From positions 543,113 through 607,112 of the forward strand of contig JAIVFI010000028.1 in assembly GCA_025558095.1 (NCBI GenBank): a stretch of DNA of 64,000 nt, written 5' to 3'. This DNA is from Hyaloraphidium curvatum SAG 235-1 (lineage: Eukaryota > Fungi > Monoblepharomycota). Both the position numbers and the translations under genes were made by a program. Under the pieces are notes generated by a model. That model saw nothing but the letters and a program-made list of their open reading frames with translations. It was not told the origin of the DNA and did not search any database. Positions 11,681-24,080 of this stretch are shown here, in pieces. The first letter of the stretch is position 1. Each line of letters begins with the position of its first letter.

Positions 11681-13272
11681 TCAACGAGCCGGACAGAAAC
11701 TCTCCCACGTCAAAAACACCCCAAGCGCCCTGAGCACCGTCCACAGCCCGATCCCCAGCGTTGCCGACGACACGGCAAAGGTCCGCACGAACCCGTACGA
11801 GATCGGGAAGCCGAAGAAGGCCGTGCGGAGGTCGTCGTCGGCCTCGAGGAAGGAGCCGAGCACGCGGTCGTGCGCGGCCAGCTCTTCCTCTGCAGCGTCC
11901 GGGGGGCCGGCGGACCGGCGCCGGGGGAGGAGGGCGTCGGAAAGGAGGATGCGGATGCGCCGCCGCGCGGTGCGGTAGACCGAGCCGACGGCGGCGATCT
12001 CCCTGTTTAGCGCCGCCGGGCCGAGCAATACCGAGGTTGACCACGGTATGGAGGGCGAAGACCACGGCGCCGATCTGCCAGGCGCAAACGCAGCCGCCGA
12101 CCGACTGGCGGTGCGGGCACGTCAGAGGGAAGCCGCCGCGCGCGCGCCAGACCACCCACCGCGGTGAGGACCACTCCGACAAGGATGGACACCGGCACGG
12201 TGACGGCAAACGAGTCGCGGAAGTTCCGGAAGGAGGCCGGGTTACGCCGCGAGTCGCGCAAGCGCCACAGGGCCGCGAGATGGCCGTGCAGACGGATGTA
12301 GAGGTACTGCCCCTGCGGATTCGGAAGGGTGGCCTTCCCATCGAGCGCGGCGCGGTACCTGTCGAGGAGCCCGTCGAGGGCAACGGAGGCCGCGCGTCTC
12401 TGCAGTTTCATCTCGAGGCTGGCGACGCCGGTGTTTGGCTGTCCGGCGAACAAACCGAAGCCGATGAAGACGTGGAAAAGGAGCTGGACCGCGTAGACGA
12501 CGACGAGCAGCATGCCCCACCACGATGCCACCAGGGAGGGTCCAAACGTGACGAGGGGCGTGACGACGACGAGAAAGTTGCAGGCGATGTAAAGCAGCTC
12601 GTTGGAGGTCACACCCTGCACGCCGTGGAGGAGAGCCGAACGGGGTGCACGGCCCGCGCAGGTCGTGCGCGGGCACGGGCAGAATTCGTCGCCGTCCACG
12701 TGCTCCAACAGCGTGTAACCACCCTTGCCCGCGTGCTCTTTGTCGGCATCACCCCCCACGTCGCGGCAGAGCTCGAGATAGCGCGCCAGAGGCCCCAGGA
12801 CGGATGCATACACGAATTGCTTGGCGTCAGGCGCGACCCCGGAGCCCTTCAGGAGAGCGACCGCGTAGAATGCCAGGGCACCGATGCGGTACACGGCAAC
12901 GGCGGCGATGCCTGAGGCGAGCTGGGGCGTCCCGAACCGCCCGTCGTTGAACCGGAACGCCAACGCGAGGAGGCACAGGTCGAGCACCGCGACAACGACG
13001 TTGTACGGCACGTGGAACTGCGCCGGCACGGCGAGGCGCGTGCAGACGGCGGCGGCGGCGTGCAGCCACACGTGGCCGCGGAAGGCGGCGACCAGCGAGC
13101 GGCGCGTCATCGGCCGCACGGCACGCAGCTCGGCGGCGGGGTCGCCGGCGTCCGGCGCGCCCTCCGCGTCCCCGGCCGGGCCGTCGAGCGGCGGCACCGC
13201 CACCGGCACCAGCGTGAGCCATTCGGCAGGCCGGAAATCGGCCGCGGCGGCCGCGTCGCGAAGTTCGTTCAT
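11681..13272 (-). pseudogene. Seven-TM protein, candidate gustatory-receptor-like / 7TM ion channel (intron 12105-12159; +1 frameshift near 12029)
   Basis: Seven hydrophobic segments; C-terminal LGSFLE..RTAFFGFPISYGFVRTF...LW pattern; one extra base (GGT A TTG) separates the TM6 halves. Confidence 0.6.
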
Positions 13273-13419
13273 CTCGGAAGGACGGCGTCACCGAATATTC
13301 GAAATCCCGCCGAACGAACCCGCCCGGACCCGATGTACAATTGTCGCCATTGAGGTCAAGATTACACTATATTACCGATACATCATCCTTCGTTTCCCTA
13401 CCGGCACGCCGGCTCGGCC

Positions 13420-16180
13420 TCACACCACCACCTCGACGCCCTCGAACTTGCCGATCTCATCCCAGTCGAAGAGCATCGGGACCATTTCCCAGCGCGAGTA
13501 GAACTCGGCCTGATCCGACGCGTGCGGCGACCCGGGGACCCCCGACACGCCGAGCGGCACGATCCAGCGCGAGGCGGCCCAGTTGTCGGTTGGATCCAGG
13601 ACGTACCTGGCGCACAACGCATCAGCTTCGAGATCCCCGGCCGTCACGTCAACGTCACGCACCTGGCCACGCTCTGCAGCACGACCTCCGGGAACCCTCC
13701 CGCCGCCTGCACCGTGTCCGCGTCCCCGCCCATCGGCATCGGCTTGGCGTCCCACTCCTTCCTCTTGGCCTCATCCACGACCGCAGACGCCGCATGCTTG
13801 GGCCTCGATGCGTGCGCGTCCCCGTACCGCCACTTGCCCACCTCCCCGCCGTACTTCTCCACCCCCTGCTTCACCGCCCTCGCGAACGCCTCGTGCACCA
13901 CCCGCTGCCACGTCCACCCGGGGGGCAGCACGCACGCAGAGCGGTGCTTGGCCCAGTTGCTCACGGGGCCCCACTTCCTGTTGCCCTTTTCCGCGAGCCA
14001 CCCCGCCGCAAAGTCGTCCGCGCCGATCGCGGGATCCTTGAAGGCGTTGACGGCCGCGAGCGGGGCACCGGGCTCGCTCTCGAGGATCTGGTGGACCTGC
14101 ATCCGCAGCAGGGTGTACAGGAGGGGCGCCGCGGCGTCGGCCGATACCACGGGCTCCGTGCGCCAGTCGCGGAGCAGGTCGAGGGCCTCGAGCTCGGGGC
14201 CCTCGGCGGCGGGCGCGCCGTCGAGCAGGAGGGCGAGGAAGGGCTCGGCGGTGAGAGTGAGGAGGTCCGCATGGATGCGGGCAAAGTGGTCGGGGGTGAT
14301 CGTCCCCTCGGCCATGCCGGCGAGGAGCTGGTGGATGCGGATGAAGCGACCTTCGGGGGCCTGTGAGTTGAACATTTGCCAAACATGGTGAGTCGGATGC
14401 CAGTGTCACCGCGGGCCATTGCCACCCACGTAGTCCACGCTCAGCGGCCCAAACTCCCACCCGCTCCCCACGATCGGGTTGTTCGCCGTCACTATCCGCC
14501 CCGTCTCCCCGCCCTCCCCCCTCGGCAGCGCCTCGAAGGGCACGAAACCCATCCACTCGTGCTTCCCGTCCCACCCGGGCACGGGCACCCACAGGTTGAG
14601 CTGGTCCGCGCGGATGGCCTGCAGGCCGCGGTTGAGGTAGCGGATGTGGCCGTGCGGGTGGTCGGGGGTAGCAGGGGAGAGGAGGAGCATGTTGTTCTGG
14701 GGCTCTGTCCAGGCCCGGTTTGCTGAGGGTCGGCCAATCAGTGGTCGCCGGCGGGCAAAGGCGGGCCGTGCAACCCACCCTCGTCGAGCTCGGGCACGTC
14801 CCTGGCCACCAGCATCGGCTCGAGCGCGTCCGTGAACGCGTTGGGTATCCACGCCAGCTTCCCCGCCTTGGCCTTGTCCGAATCCACCAGCGCGCCAGCC
14901 CACCGCACCGAGACGCCCCACCCCTTCTCGGGGGACCCGAGGAGCAGCGGGCCGTGGTGGGTGAACACCGCGGCGCCGTCGAAGAGGAGGGGGAGCTCGC
15001 AGCCCTCGAAGGAGTAGGTCTTGGGGGTCGGAAAGTGCTCCAGAAAGAGGTCGGCGTTCGAGTACATGGCGTGGGTGATGCACCACGCCACGTGGCTGTT
15101 TGAAGCGTTCAGATGCGTGAGTGAGTGCTGGTGACGTTCCCAGAGGAACGACTCACGAGTTGTGGCCGAAGTGAGCGAAGCCGGGCACGCCGGGGAAGGC
15201 CAACCCGATGGCGTCAAACTCCGGGCAGGTGATGTGGCACTGGTAATAGACGTTTGGGAAATCGCACTATGGACGACGTCGCATGAGGCACAGGTACTGC
15301 ACCAGTCAAGCGGACCGACACCCACCTGCCTGTGCGGGTCCCCGCCCAGCATCGCGAGCCCGCTCTTTGTCCACCTCCCGTCGACGGCCCAGCAGTTGCT
15401 CCCCATCTCGAACCCGTCGGCCCACTTGCCGCCAAACTCGCCCGTCAGGTCCTTGTGCAGCTGCTCGAACTCGGCGACCAGCTCCGAGGGGGAGAACCCG
15501 CCGTGCCACGCCGACGGCGGCAGCGAGGCCGCCAGGTCCGGCGGCGGGTGGAGCGACGCGATGCCGCCCTCGGCCGGCTGCGTGGGGCCACTGAAGTGGT
15601 CCTTGGACCCGCCAACCAAGCCATCCTTGAGGATCACGTGGTTCCCGTCGAGCGGCGGCAGCGACTCGGAAAGGATCTGCGCGGCCTTCTCCGGCCCGAG
15701 GGCAAGCACCATCTTCCAGCGGTGCAGCTTGTTCCCGATGGTGCCCATGGTCAGGTGCCGCCCCTTGAACACGGCGAGCGAGTCCACGGGCGTCCACGGC
15801 TGCGGGCGGGGCAGGCCCAGCTCGGCCCACTCGGGCGGCAGCTCGCCGCGGTCGATGTACGCGTTGACGCCCGCCGCGAACGCCTCCAGCATTTCCAACG
15901 TAGAAGGCTTGAGAGCAGCGAGGTCCGCGGCGCACGAGCTCGCCATGCCCATCTTTGCCTGCAGCGCGTCCCACGCCTTTGCCGACGGCGTCTTGAGGAA
16001 GCCGCCCAGCGCCGCCCCGGCGAACCGCCGGTCGACCTCCATCTGGAAGAATCGGTCCTCGGCCATCGCAAAAGCCTGTCCCGCAAACGCCGCGAGCCGC
16101 GACGGCGCCCGGACGTGCGGGATGCCGCGGTCGTCGCGGTGTACCGAGAAGGTCAGCGGCGGCGGGTCGATGGCCCCCAT
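13420..16180 (-). CDS. Penicillin acylase / AHL acylase family Ntn hydrolase (peptidase S45), multi-exon
   Basis: RDDRGIPHV, AEDRFFQME, catalytic GSNCWAV...DPHR, PVPGWDGKHEWMG, IVTANN, GVSGVPGSPHASDQ. Confidence 0.92.
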
Positions 16181-16448
16181 CGTGCGGGCGGCCGGAACAG
16201 AGCCGGGAGGAAGATGGAGGGGATATAAGCGTTCTTTGGGCGCCCAGCGACGTCGCTTCCGGAGGTGCAAATCTGCAATGGGAGACGGTCCGCCAATGAC
16301 GCTAGCGGGATAAAGGACTAGCCGGTCGGGCGCCGCCCCGTGCCGCAGGAAGTCTGCTGTGGCAAACGACTTGACTGTGAAACATACTATCATTCAAAGA
16401 GTGCTAGCAACTGCGCGTCGGCTTTTTCGGGAATCCAATCCGCCAAAG

Positions 16449-18104
16449 CTACTCCTTCACCTCCATCCCCTTGGGCACGATGTTGTTGTTCATCCGCAGG
16501 AAGTTGGCCCCGTCGTACTTGGCCTTGACCTCGGCGAGCCTCAGCGCGTTCGGGCCCTTGCCGTACGCGATCTGGTCGGAACCCTCGAGCGCCGCGAGGG
16601 TGTTGTACGAACCCGCGACCCACGGCTTGAGCCGCGTGCGGAGGTCGCGCATCCACACGGTGATGTTGTCGCGCACCGAGGCGTTGGGCCCGTTCCACTT
16701 GGCCAGGCAGATGAGCCAGTACTTGCCCCCGCGGTGCCCGAAGGACGTCGAGGTGGGGTCGACGTCGTTGATGGCGCCGCCCAGGGGGAGGATCATGGCC
16801 ACGGCCTCGATGCAGCCCTTGGGCGCAGTCGCGGTGCAGGCCAGCAGCTCGTCGAGGAACTCGTCCGTGGCGTCGCCAATGACCAATGAGCAATCATAGT
16901 ACCATCCGGGCCCCTGTTGGTCGGCAAAGTACGCCTGCAGGCAGCCCTTGCCGGTGCCGTAGGCCGCCTCGCCGGTGGTGCGGTAGACGGCCGTGCCGAG
17001 GTTAAACTCCTCCGAGATGTACTTGCGGCCGGCGGCGAGGTCATCGCCGACCCAGGGGAAGAATGAGATGACGGGGCCGCCGGCGGGCAGGACGAGGAAG
17101 GGGAGGGTATCGCGGGGAAGGGATGGGCTGCTCGTCTTGTCGCGGAAGCGTCGAGCGACGGTCTGGGCGCCAGGAAGGAGCTGAAGGCGGCGGGATCACC
17201 GTCAGTCGGGCAATCCATTGATAAGGTAGCCCACGCACCCCAAAGAGCGACGTCCGGAAGTGCACCGCCATGTGGATCAGCACAGGACCGCGCGGGTACA
17301 GCTTGAACTTGAAACGGGTCACGACGCCGAAGTTGCCGCCACCTCCACGAAGCGCCCTGGGGGAGGTGTTGAGAAAGAGCCGGGGGCTTCTCAGTGTCGG
17401 AGTGCCCACCAGAAGAGGTCGGAGAATTCCTTCGAGTCAGCAGAAGCCACTACTATCCGCCCGTCGACCAAAACGACTTCGCACTCGAGCAGGTTGTCGA
17501 TGCTGAGCCCGTGCCTCCGGCACAGGAACCCGAAACCTCCGCCCAGGGTGAGCCCGGCGACACCCGTGTCGGGGTTGGTCCCCGCCGTGGTCGCCAGCCC
17601 GTGGGCGGCGCAGGCGGCGTCGAACGCGCCTAGCTTGATCCCGGGGCCGACGTCGACGGTGCGCTTCTCGGGGTCGACGTCCAGCTGCGTCAGCCGCGAG
17701 AGGTCGAGCATGAGGCAGCCCGTGCGCGAGGCGTAGATGGAGTGGCGGCCAGAGGCAATACACATGGTCTGGTTGGCGGCCACGGCCCACTTGACGACCT
17801 CGGCGACCTCGGCGGCGTCCTTGGGCCGGACAATGAGCGCCGGTTTGCCGATGATATCCTTGTTCCAGGCATCCCTAGCCGCGTCGTAGCCTGGAAGAGG
17901 AAGAGCGCGGGAGGAGGAGGAACCAACAAAGGAAAGTGCAGTCGACCATCGAAACGGCACGGAGTGAGCTACAATCATTACGGGAATCGCGAATTTCGCG
18001 GCCTTACCGTCGTCCGTGGGCAGGAGCACGGGACAAACACGGCGAAGCGCGTCCACATCCCCTGCGGGCGGTGCAGGCTCGGAGTTGGGAGCGCCGTCGG
18101 GCAT
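16449..18104 (-). CDS. FAD-linked oxidoreductase (VAO/BBE, 6-hydroxy-D-nicotine-oxidase-like), multi-exon
   Basis: SGRHS covalent-FAD motif, TGVAGLTLGGGFG, GLSIDNL, ALRGGGGNFGVVT, RLAEVKAKYD..NFLRMN BBE tail. Confidence 0.92.
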
Positions 18105-18399
18105 CCCGACAGCAGACCGGGGAGCAGCCGCGCGATCACTCCGCGCGCTCTGCGGCGCGTACGGTGGGGCAGCGAAGTTTGCACAGGCCGGGGCGCGCGC
18201 AGAAACTTCGAAGGGTGGTGGCTTGCGGCGGTGCGGGGCTGCGCGCGGGCGGCGTTTCGAGCAAACACCGGCCCAGCAAGGCCGTGTAGATCGCTGTGCT
18301 TCGAGGAAGCAGACAGCGGGTGAAGGCATTTGATTGAGAGATGAGGTGGATGCTATGTTGCAGCTGCCAGCGTCCTTTCGTTCTCACAGCGTCGTCAAC

Positions 18400-19268
18400 G
18401 AGAAGCCTTTCAGGCATGTCTGGCATGCCCGCAGACCTCCTTGCATTCTCCGCCGGGGTCGCATATACTAGCTTGCATTCATGCATGTCTCCACGTCCAC
18501 ATCCACAATGTCCTCCAGCTCGTCCCCGGCTTCCCCAAGGTCATGCGTCAGGCCGGCCTCGCTCCCTCGCGAAGCCCGGGCCTCCACGATTCCGCCCTTC
18601 GGGGAATCGATCCCTCGATGGTACTCGCTCTTGCTCCACGTCGGCATGATGGTTATTCTGCTTGAGAAGCTCACTTTCCTGGCCGACATCAGCCGCGGGG
18701 CGGTCGATGGTTCGCTGGCGCGCTGCTGCTCCGTTGCCCGACCGCGTCTCTCCATGAGGGGGTCCGAGGCACTGCGTGGCTCGCGGTGGCCGTGATTGGC
18801 TTTGGGCCCGTCAGGTGGACGAAGGTCCGAGCCCGCGACATCCTCCGTGGCTGCAGACGATTCCGACGAGGCAGACAAGGGGGACGCCGTGCGTGCGAAA
18901 CCCGGCGGGGGTTCCGGCTCCGAAACGTGCCACAGTCCTCTTCCGCGGGCGATTGGGTGCAGCCGGAAGTTGTCGTCGGTGGACGCAACCCGGAATGATG
19001 GGTCCAACCCGCTCGGTGGCGGTCCCGGTCCAATCTCGGGCGGCTACCCCGGACCGAAGAGAAAGCTCGTCGCCTGCGACGTTATCGAACCCTCGTCGTC
19101 GTCGTGAGCAGTCCCGCTCATCTTCCATGGATGTCTCCAGCCCGCGTCGGACGCGGCGGATCCCCTCCGTTCTTCGTGCTGCGGTCCGCGCAGGAGTGCC
19201 TTCACGAACCGCTCGTCCTTGACAAGCAACCCCGGGTCCGAGCGACTGCGGGGAACGTCATTCGCCAT
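18400..19268 (-). pseudogene. PP1-docking disordered protein family member 2 (in-frame TAG 19044-19046; 3' frameshifts)
   Basis: VKDERFVKALL, QRASEP and RKVSFSSRITIMPTWSKSEYHRG are in one frame across the TAG; LVYA and MPD/LKGF remnants lie in shifted frames downstream. Confidence 0.6.
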
Positions 19269-19905
19269 AGCTATCCGGACTTTTGACTAATTTTTGTCCC
19301 CCGCGTGACTCTGGGCGCCCGCCTTTCCGTCCACCCCAAGCAAGGCGGGAACCTCCTTTTCGGCGCAGGGCGCGCACGCCTCGGCGGCCGCCGCGCTCGT
19401 AAACACCACCATGCTACCACCGCATGAATCGGCACCGGATCCACAACGGGGAAACGCATGGGAGGCGCTGCATGCCAAGGGTTGCCTTGGCCGACCGGCC
19501 CGCTGTCGGGGGTCCAGGCCCCTTCTCATCGCCGGAACAAGCTGTCGCGCGATCATGCTTGCACCGTGGGAGGCAAAGGGAGGCGGAACTGGCATGCTAC
19601 GGTCCGCTTGCTGGATCGCACTGTGGAGATGCGCTTTCCGGCGGGCAGCACAATCGGCCATCGTCGTCATCCCTGCCGACTGTCTCCTGAACCCTCCCAT
19701 GTCGGCCAAGCGCCAAAAAGCCCGCAAAGGATGTATCGACAGCTAGATCATAGCAACGGCAATGGACGAAAACACACTGCGGCACGAGCTAGGTTGTTCG
19801 GGAAGCTTGGACCGGTTCGGAAGCCGCGTCACCGTTTATTCAATCCTCAACTTGAACACATAGATCGGCAAGACAGTTCCTTGCCTACAACAGAACGGAG
19901 CTCCG

Positions 19906-20457
19906 TCAGGAAACCTCCACCCCAACCCTTTCCGGCGATCCTTCCATCCCGAGTCCGGCCCGTTCCAGAACCCCTTCAGGTCTGGCAGCGAATTGCTCGC
20001 GTCCGTCCCCGTAGACCTCGCTCCGAGCGAACTGTTCTCGGAGGAGGGTTCCGGTGCCCGGAGGGGATCCTCCCCAGCGGTGGCCGCGGATCCCCCGCTC
20101 GTAGTCCTCGGCGCTCCACGTGAACTTCACCGTGACCTGCTTGGAGAAACTGACCCTCGGCCGGCAACGAGGGGGGAAAGTCGCGCGGCAGGACGCCAGT
20201 GAAGGGCGGTCCGGCCGACCGGTGTCGGCCGGGGGCTCAGAGGCCCTCCGCGGCACCCCAGAGGGAACCCCGGCCTCGGGAAGTGGTCGACGGGGGTCTG
20301 CAACAGAGCTGGAGGTCGCGGCGGGGATCTGTGGCCGCCGCACATCGTCCGCGAGGCCGTCCTCGGGTCTCTGCGGCACGAGCGCGAGGACGTAGAGCAC
20401 GTCCTTGCTCCCGGCGCGGCCGCAGTCTCGTATGAAAGTGTTCTGCGCTGCACACAT
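19906..20457 (-). CDS. PP1-docking disordered protein family member 3 (possibly decaying)
   Basis: KDVLYVLALVP, RRASEP, RATFP, RVSFSKQVTVKFTWSAEDYERG. Confidence 0.55.
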   Translation of the reverse strand: MCAAQNTFIRDCGRAGSKDVLYVLALVPQRPEDGLADDVRRPQIPAATSSSVADPRRPLPEAGVPSGVPRRASEPPADTGRPDRPSLASCRATFPPRCRPRVSFSKQVTVKFTWSAEDYERGIRGHRWGGSPPGTGTLLREQFARSEVYGDGREQFAARPEGVLERAGLGMEGSPERVGVEVS

Positions 20458-21272
20458 CGCTTCAGTTGGTGTTTGTCGGCCCTCGGGGCCCTGGGTTGCG
20501 CCCGTCGGGGCGCGGGGCGTCTCCCAAAGCCAAATCCGTAGCCCCGCGGTCGCCGCATCACTCACTTTCCGCCAGTGTCGGCACTCTGGGATGGCCGCTC
20601 TGGATACGACAAGCTGCGTCCGATCGGCTTGAGTAGCTTTCGATGCATTGGGCGGCGGTTGCTGCGAGATGTTCGTGTCTGACCCGGAGGGCCAGGCTTG
20701 GGCGGGCCGCAGGGGTAGGGTCCCCTGTTCTGGAGATCGGCCGGATCTATGGGCGGAAGAGCACGGCTTCTTGCGGTCAGTCCTGCGAAGAAGGCACCCC
20801 TTTCTCGCGGTTTTGGCGACGGCGGAGGCGCGGACGAGTAGGTGACAACCCCTCCTGGAGCCAATCCAATCCTGGCAAATCCTGTCGGCCACTGGCCGAC
20901 CCTGCATCTTCCTGCCGAGGTCAACACCCCTCCCTCTGGTCTCCGGCCAACTTTGCCACGTCCATCTACCCGCCGGCCACGTACATTTGGCAGAACACCA
21001 ACCCCAGCTGGCCTGGCGCTCGATCCCAACCTGCGGCGGCGGAGGCCGCGGCCGACTGGTGTACGCTACAGCACGTCACGTTGCTTCAGCCTCCTAAGCA
21101 GGTCGGTCTCCCTTTCGCGTGATCTGGTCCGGGGCTTGGTCTTTGGGGTCGCCGCCGCCACCGTCGGGCTGCCGAGGCAAATCGGTACGTCCCGCTCCCT
21201 GCTCCTGCAAACCTCGGCTCCGTCCTTGGGCCCTCGTCGGCCCGGCGCTGTCTGCCGTTGGGGTGCACTGTC

Positions 21273-21790
21273 TCAGCGCACGCCGACGGGAGCGACCGCA
21301 CGGAGTCCCAAGTGTGATTTACGACGCACAGCAACCCGGTCCATCGGCCGAGGCACACGCTCCCCAGGCGCCACCAACACTCCGAACAATCTTGCCGCCC
21401 CCCACGGTGCGAACGTCATTGTTGCAAGCGACACCAGCAGCGCCCTCAGCGACCCGTAGCTGATCTCGAGCCCGCGAATCTTCCTCGTGCTTTGGAAGAC
21501 TCGCGAGGCAGCACGCGAGCAGGTCCGCGTGCGCGACAATGTGCCTCACGGCGGGGGAACGAGCCCGGTCGGGCGGGCGGGCCAGGATGAGGGGTTCCCA
21601 GGTTCGGAGAGAGCTTGGGAGTAGAGCTCCCCCAGGAGGGCGATCTCACGGTTGGCGGCTGCGGCGGAACAGAGGCCGACGAGCGCGAGGCGGTCGAGGT
21701 AGAAGGCGAGGAAGCAGATCGTCAACGCGGGCACCCAGTCGGCGATCGCCTGGGAGGCGATGAGCGCGTGAGCCGGCTCGGGAAAGCAGG
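21273..21790 (-). pseudogene. Degenerate C-terminal fragment paralogous to the 7TM gene at 11681-13272
   Basis: LVGLCSAAAANREIALLG aligns with LLGPAALNREIAAVG; GLEISYGSLRALLVSLAT aligns with GFPISYGFVRTFAVSSAT; split over frames. Confidence 0.6.
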
Positions 21791-22963
21791 GTACTCACGA
21801 TGCTGAGCTAGCAAGGACAGCGACGGCTCGGACTCGGACACTTGCTCCGCGGCCAGCTCGGAGCACATCGTAGTCCACTCCTTCCCCTCCAAGAAGCCGA
21901 CCGGGGGATGCTACGCTTCGCCTCCGAGCCCCTATCCCACGTGCTGTGCAGCACCGAGTGCTCCCCGCGGCGAAGCAAGTGCGCCGGCATCTCTTCCGAC
22001 GCTAGCGCACTTCGAAAGGACCCACGATACGTCACCTTCCTGTCCTTCGTCGTTGTCGACTAGCGCTCACGGTTCGGCGCGGACCTCGCGCAGGAGCTCT
22101 AGGACACCGGATTCGGGGATCCGTGGGAGGCGGTCTATGCGGAGCTCGTCGCGGGGAGGCTTCCGAGCCCGGACCGGTCGTGAGAAGACGGAGAGGCTGG
22201 TTGCATTGCGGGCGCCGCGGGGGCGTCGGATCGGGGCGTCGAGCGGGAAAAGTGTAGCGCTAGCGGGCAAAGACATCTTCTGATGCCGATGTGATCTCTA
22301 CGGCAACAGCGCATACATCCGCTTTCCATTTCGGATGGGCCTTTTGTATGACGTAGTGTCCCCACTGCGAAATCTCCGCCAGAGTTAGTCCCGTCCAAAG
22401 GCGATGCGATCGTCGTCGCGAGAGGGCAGCACCTTCCAGACCCCCGCCGACGCATCTCGCACTAAGTGTCCTGCAGTAAGCACTGCGGCAGCTGGAAGCG
22501 CGCTGGAAGCACGACACTGGGGGAAGCCTCTGAGTCAAGTTAGAATCCCATCGGCGCTGCCGGTCAAGCAGTTGCACCCGAAGAGTTTGCGAACCCCGGG
22601 CTCCTCGGGAAAGATCCGTCTGATCATTCGCGTTGGATTTAGGCCATCGTCTGAAGCATGTCCCGTCGGCCCGAGGCCGACGAAGCGAGGCCGGTCGGCC
22701 CGGGTTTGAGGAAGGGATCTGCGGGCGCCGCGGGCCTGGGATTTCGGAACAGTGAGGGCAACGCCGCATAGCTCAACAATCGAGAACATTAGAACTTCTT
22801 TCATTGACGTGGTGCTGCATTCGCTATGCGCGAATGGGCCGGTTGTGTTGCATCCCTAGAAGTCGGAGCTTACTCCGATTCCAGACCCTGCGAGGGCCGA
22901 CCGTCGGCGATGCGCCTCATTACGGTCGCCTGTGACTCCCACACAAAGCCAGAAACAGAAGAG

Positions 22964-23863
22964 ATGAGCTACTCCCCCCCCTCCGCACTGGCGCGTCAGG
23001 CCTCCGATTCGGCCGGCGTCGTCAAGGACACCGCGTTCGTGCGCTCGCTGCTCCCCGCCGCAGTCCCGGCGCCGTGGTGGTCCCCCTGCCCTCAGCGCGA
23101 GGCCCCCCCCTTTGCGGCCGCCCCCGCCGCGACAGCGCCGCCGCTCCACCGGACGGAGCGGTCGGCCGAGGGCCCCGAGGTGCCCGCCGGCGGTGGCCGA
23201 CGGGCGGACCCCGGCCCCCCTCCGCCCTCGTCGGGGCATGACTTTGACGCCACCCTCGTCTACGCCTTCGACCTGCCATGGCCCCGGGCAGACGGCGCTG
23301 CCGCCATGGACCTGTTTGCCTCGCCGGCCTTCTCGACCGACGCAGCGAGCATCGACTCGGAGGCGACTGACGAGTGCGCGGACTTTCAGTACCTCCTGGA
23401 GCTCCGAGCTCAGGGCTTCGAGCCGACCCGTGCGGTTTCGGAGCCGCTGATTGGGGGCACCGAGTCCGATGCTCTCGCCCTGTTTCCCCGCCGGGCCACC
23501 CTACCCAGCGCAAGTGCGACGATGCCCGCCGCTGGTTCCAGGCCAAGGCGGAAGCCGCCCCGGAAGGTCAGCTTCGGAGCCACTGTGGCCGTCGGAGAAA
23601 CTTGGTCAAGCAGGGACTACAACCGCGGGATGGACGAGGCGGAGCGGGAGCTAGTCGACCAAGGCATGGACGAAGGCGTGGCCCCGGACGCCGGCGCGGA
23701 CTCGGAACAGGGGTGGACGCAGCCCGTCTTCGTCGACACAGAACGACGGCTCGACGGCACGCTCTCCAGCCTGCCAGATCTGAAGAACTTTTGGGCGGGA
23801 TTGTCGCTGAAGGGGAAGAAGCCGTCGCGGCTGAAGCAGTTCTTTCCTCGAGGCACGCTGTGA
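22964..23863 (+). CDS. PP1-docking disordered protein family member 4 (apparently intact)
   Basis: VKDTAFVRSLLP, RAVSEP, RRATLP, RKVSFGATVAVGETWSSRDYNRG and SLPDLKNFW in one ORF. Confidence 0.7.
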   Translation: MSYSPPSALARQASDSAGVVKDTAFVRSLLPAAVPAPWWSPCPQREAPPFAAAPAATAPPLHRTERSAEGPEVPAGGGRRADPGPPPPSSGHDFDATLVYAFDLPWPRADGAAAMDLFASPAFSTDAASIDSEATDECADFQYLLELRAQGFEPTRAVSEPLIGGTESDALALFPRRATLPSASATMPAAGSRPRRKPPRKVSFGATVAVGETWSSRDYNRGMDEAERELVDQGMDEGVAPDAGADSEQGWTQPVFVDTERRLDGTLSSLPDLKNFWAGLSLKGKKPSRLKQFFPRGTL

Positions 23864-24080
23864 AATGGTGTAGATTCCCAATTTTGTCACATTTGTGCAT
23901 CTAGTGTAGATCGAGGCAGCTCCGCTCAGCAAGTCAATGGATTTTGGGCGCGGGCCGGCGGGCGGCAGGCGGCGGACCGTCTCGCTCACTCTCCTACGTC
24001 GGCCCCTCCCACCGGTCGAATCGCCCCTTGCTGCGGCCGACCAACGTTCCACCCTTCCTTTTGTTTCCGTGCGCACCACG

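Noticed and set aside
12003-12031. 29-nt GTATTG...CTAAACAG intron to fix the 7TM frameshift
   Set aside because: Splice phases do not restore the frame, and the paralogous fragment shows the segment is coding
21808-22276. Short ORFs between the 7TM fragment and PP1-family member 4
   Set aside because: No recognisable motifs or consistent splice model
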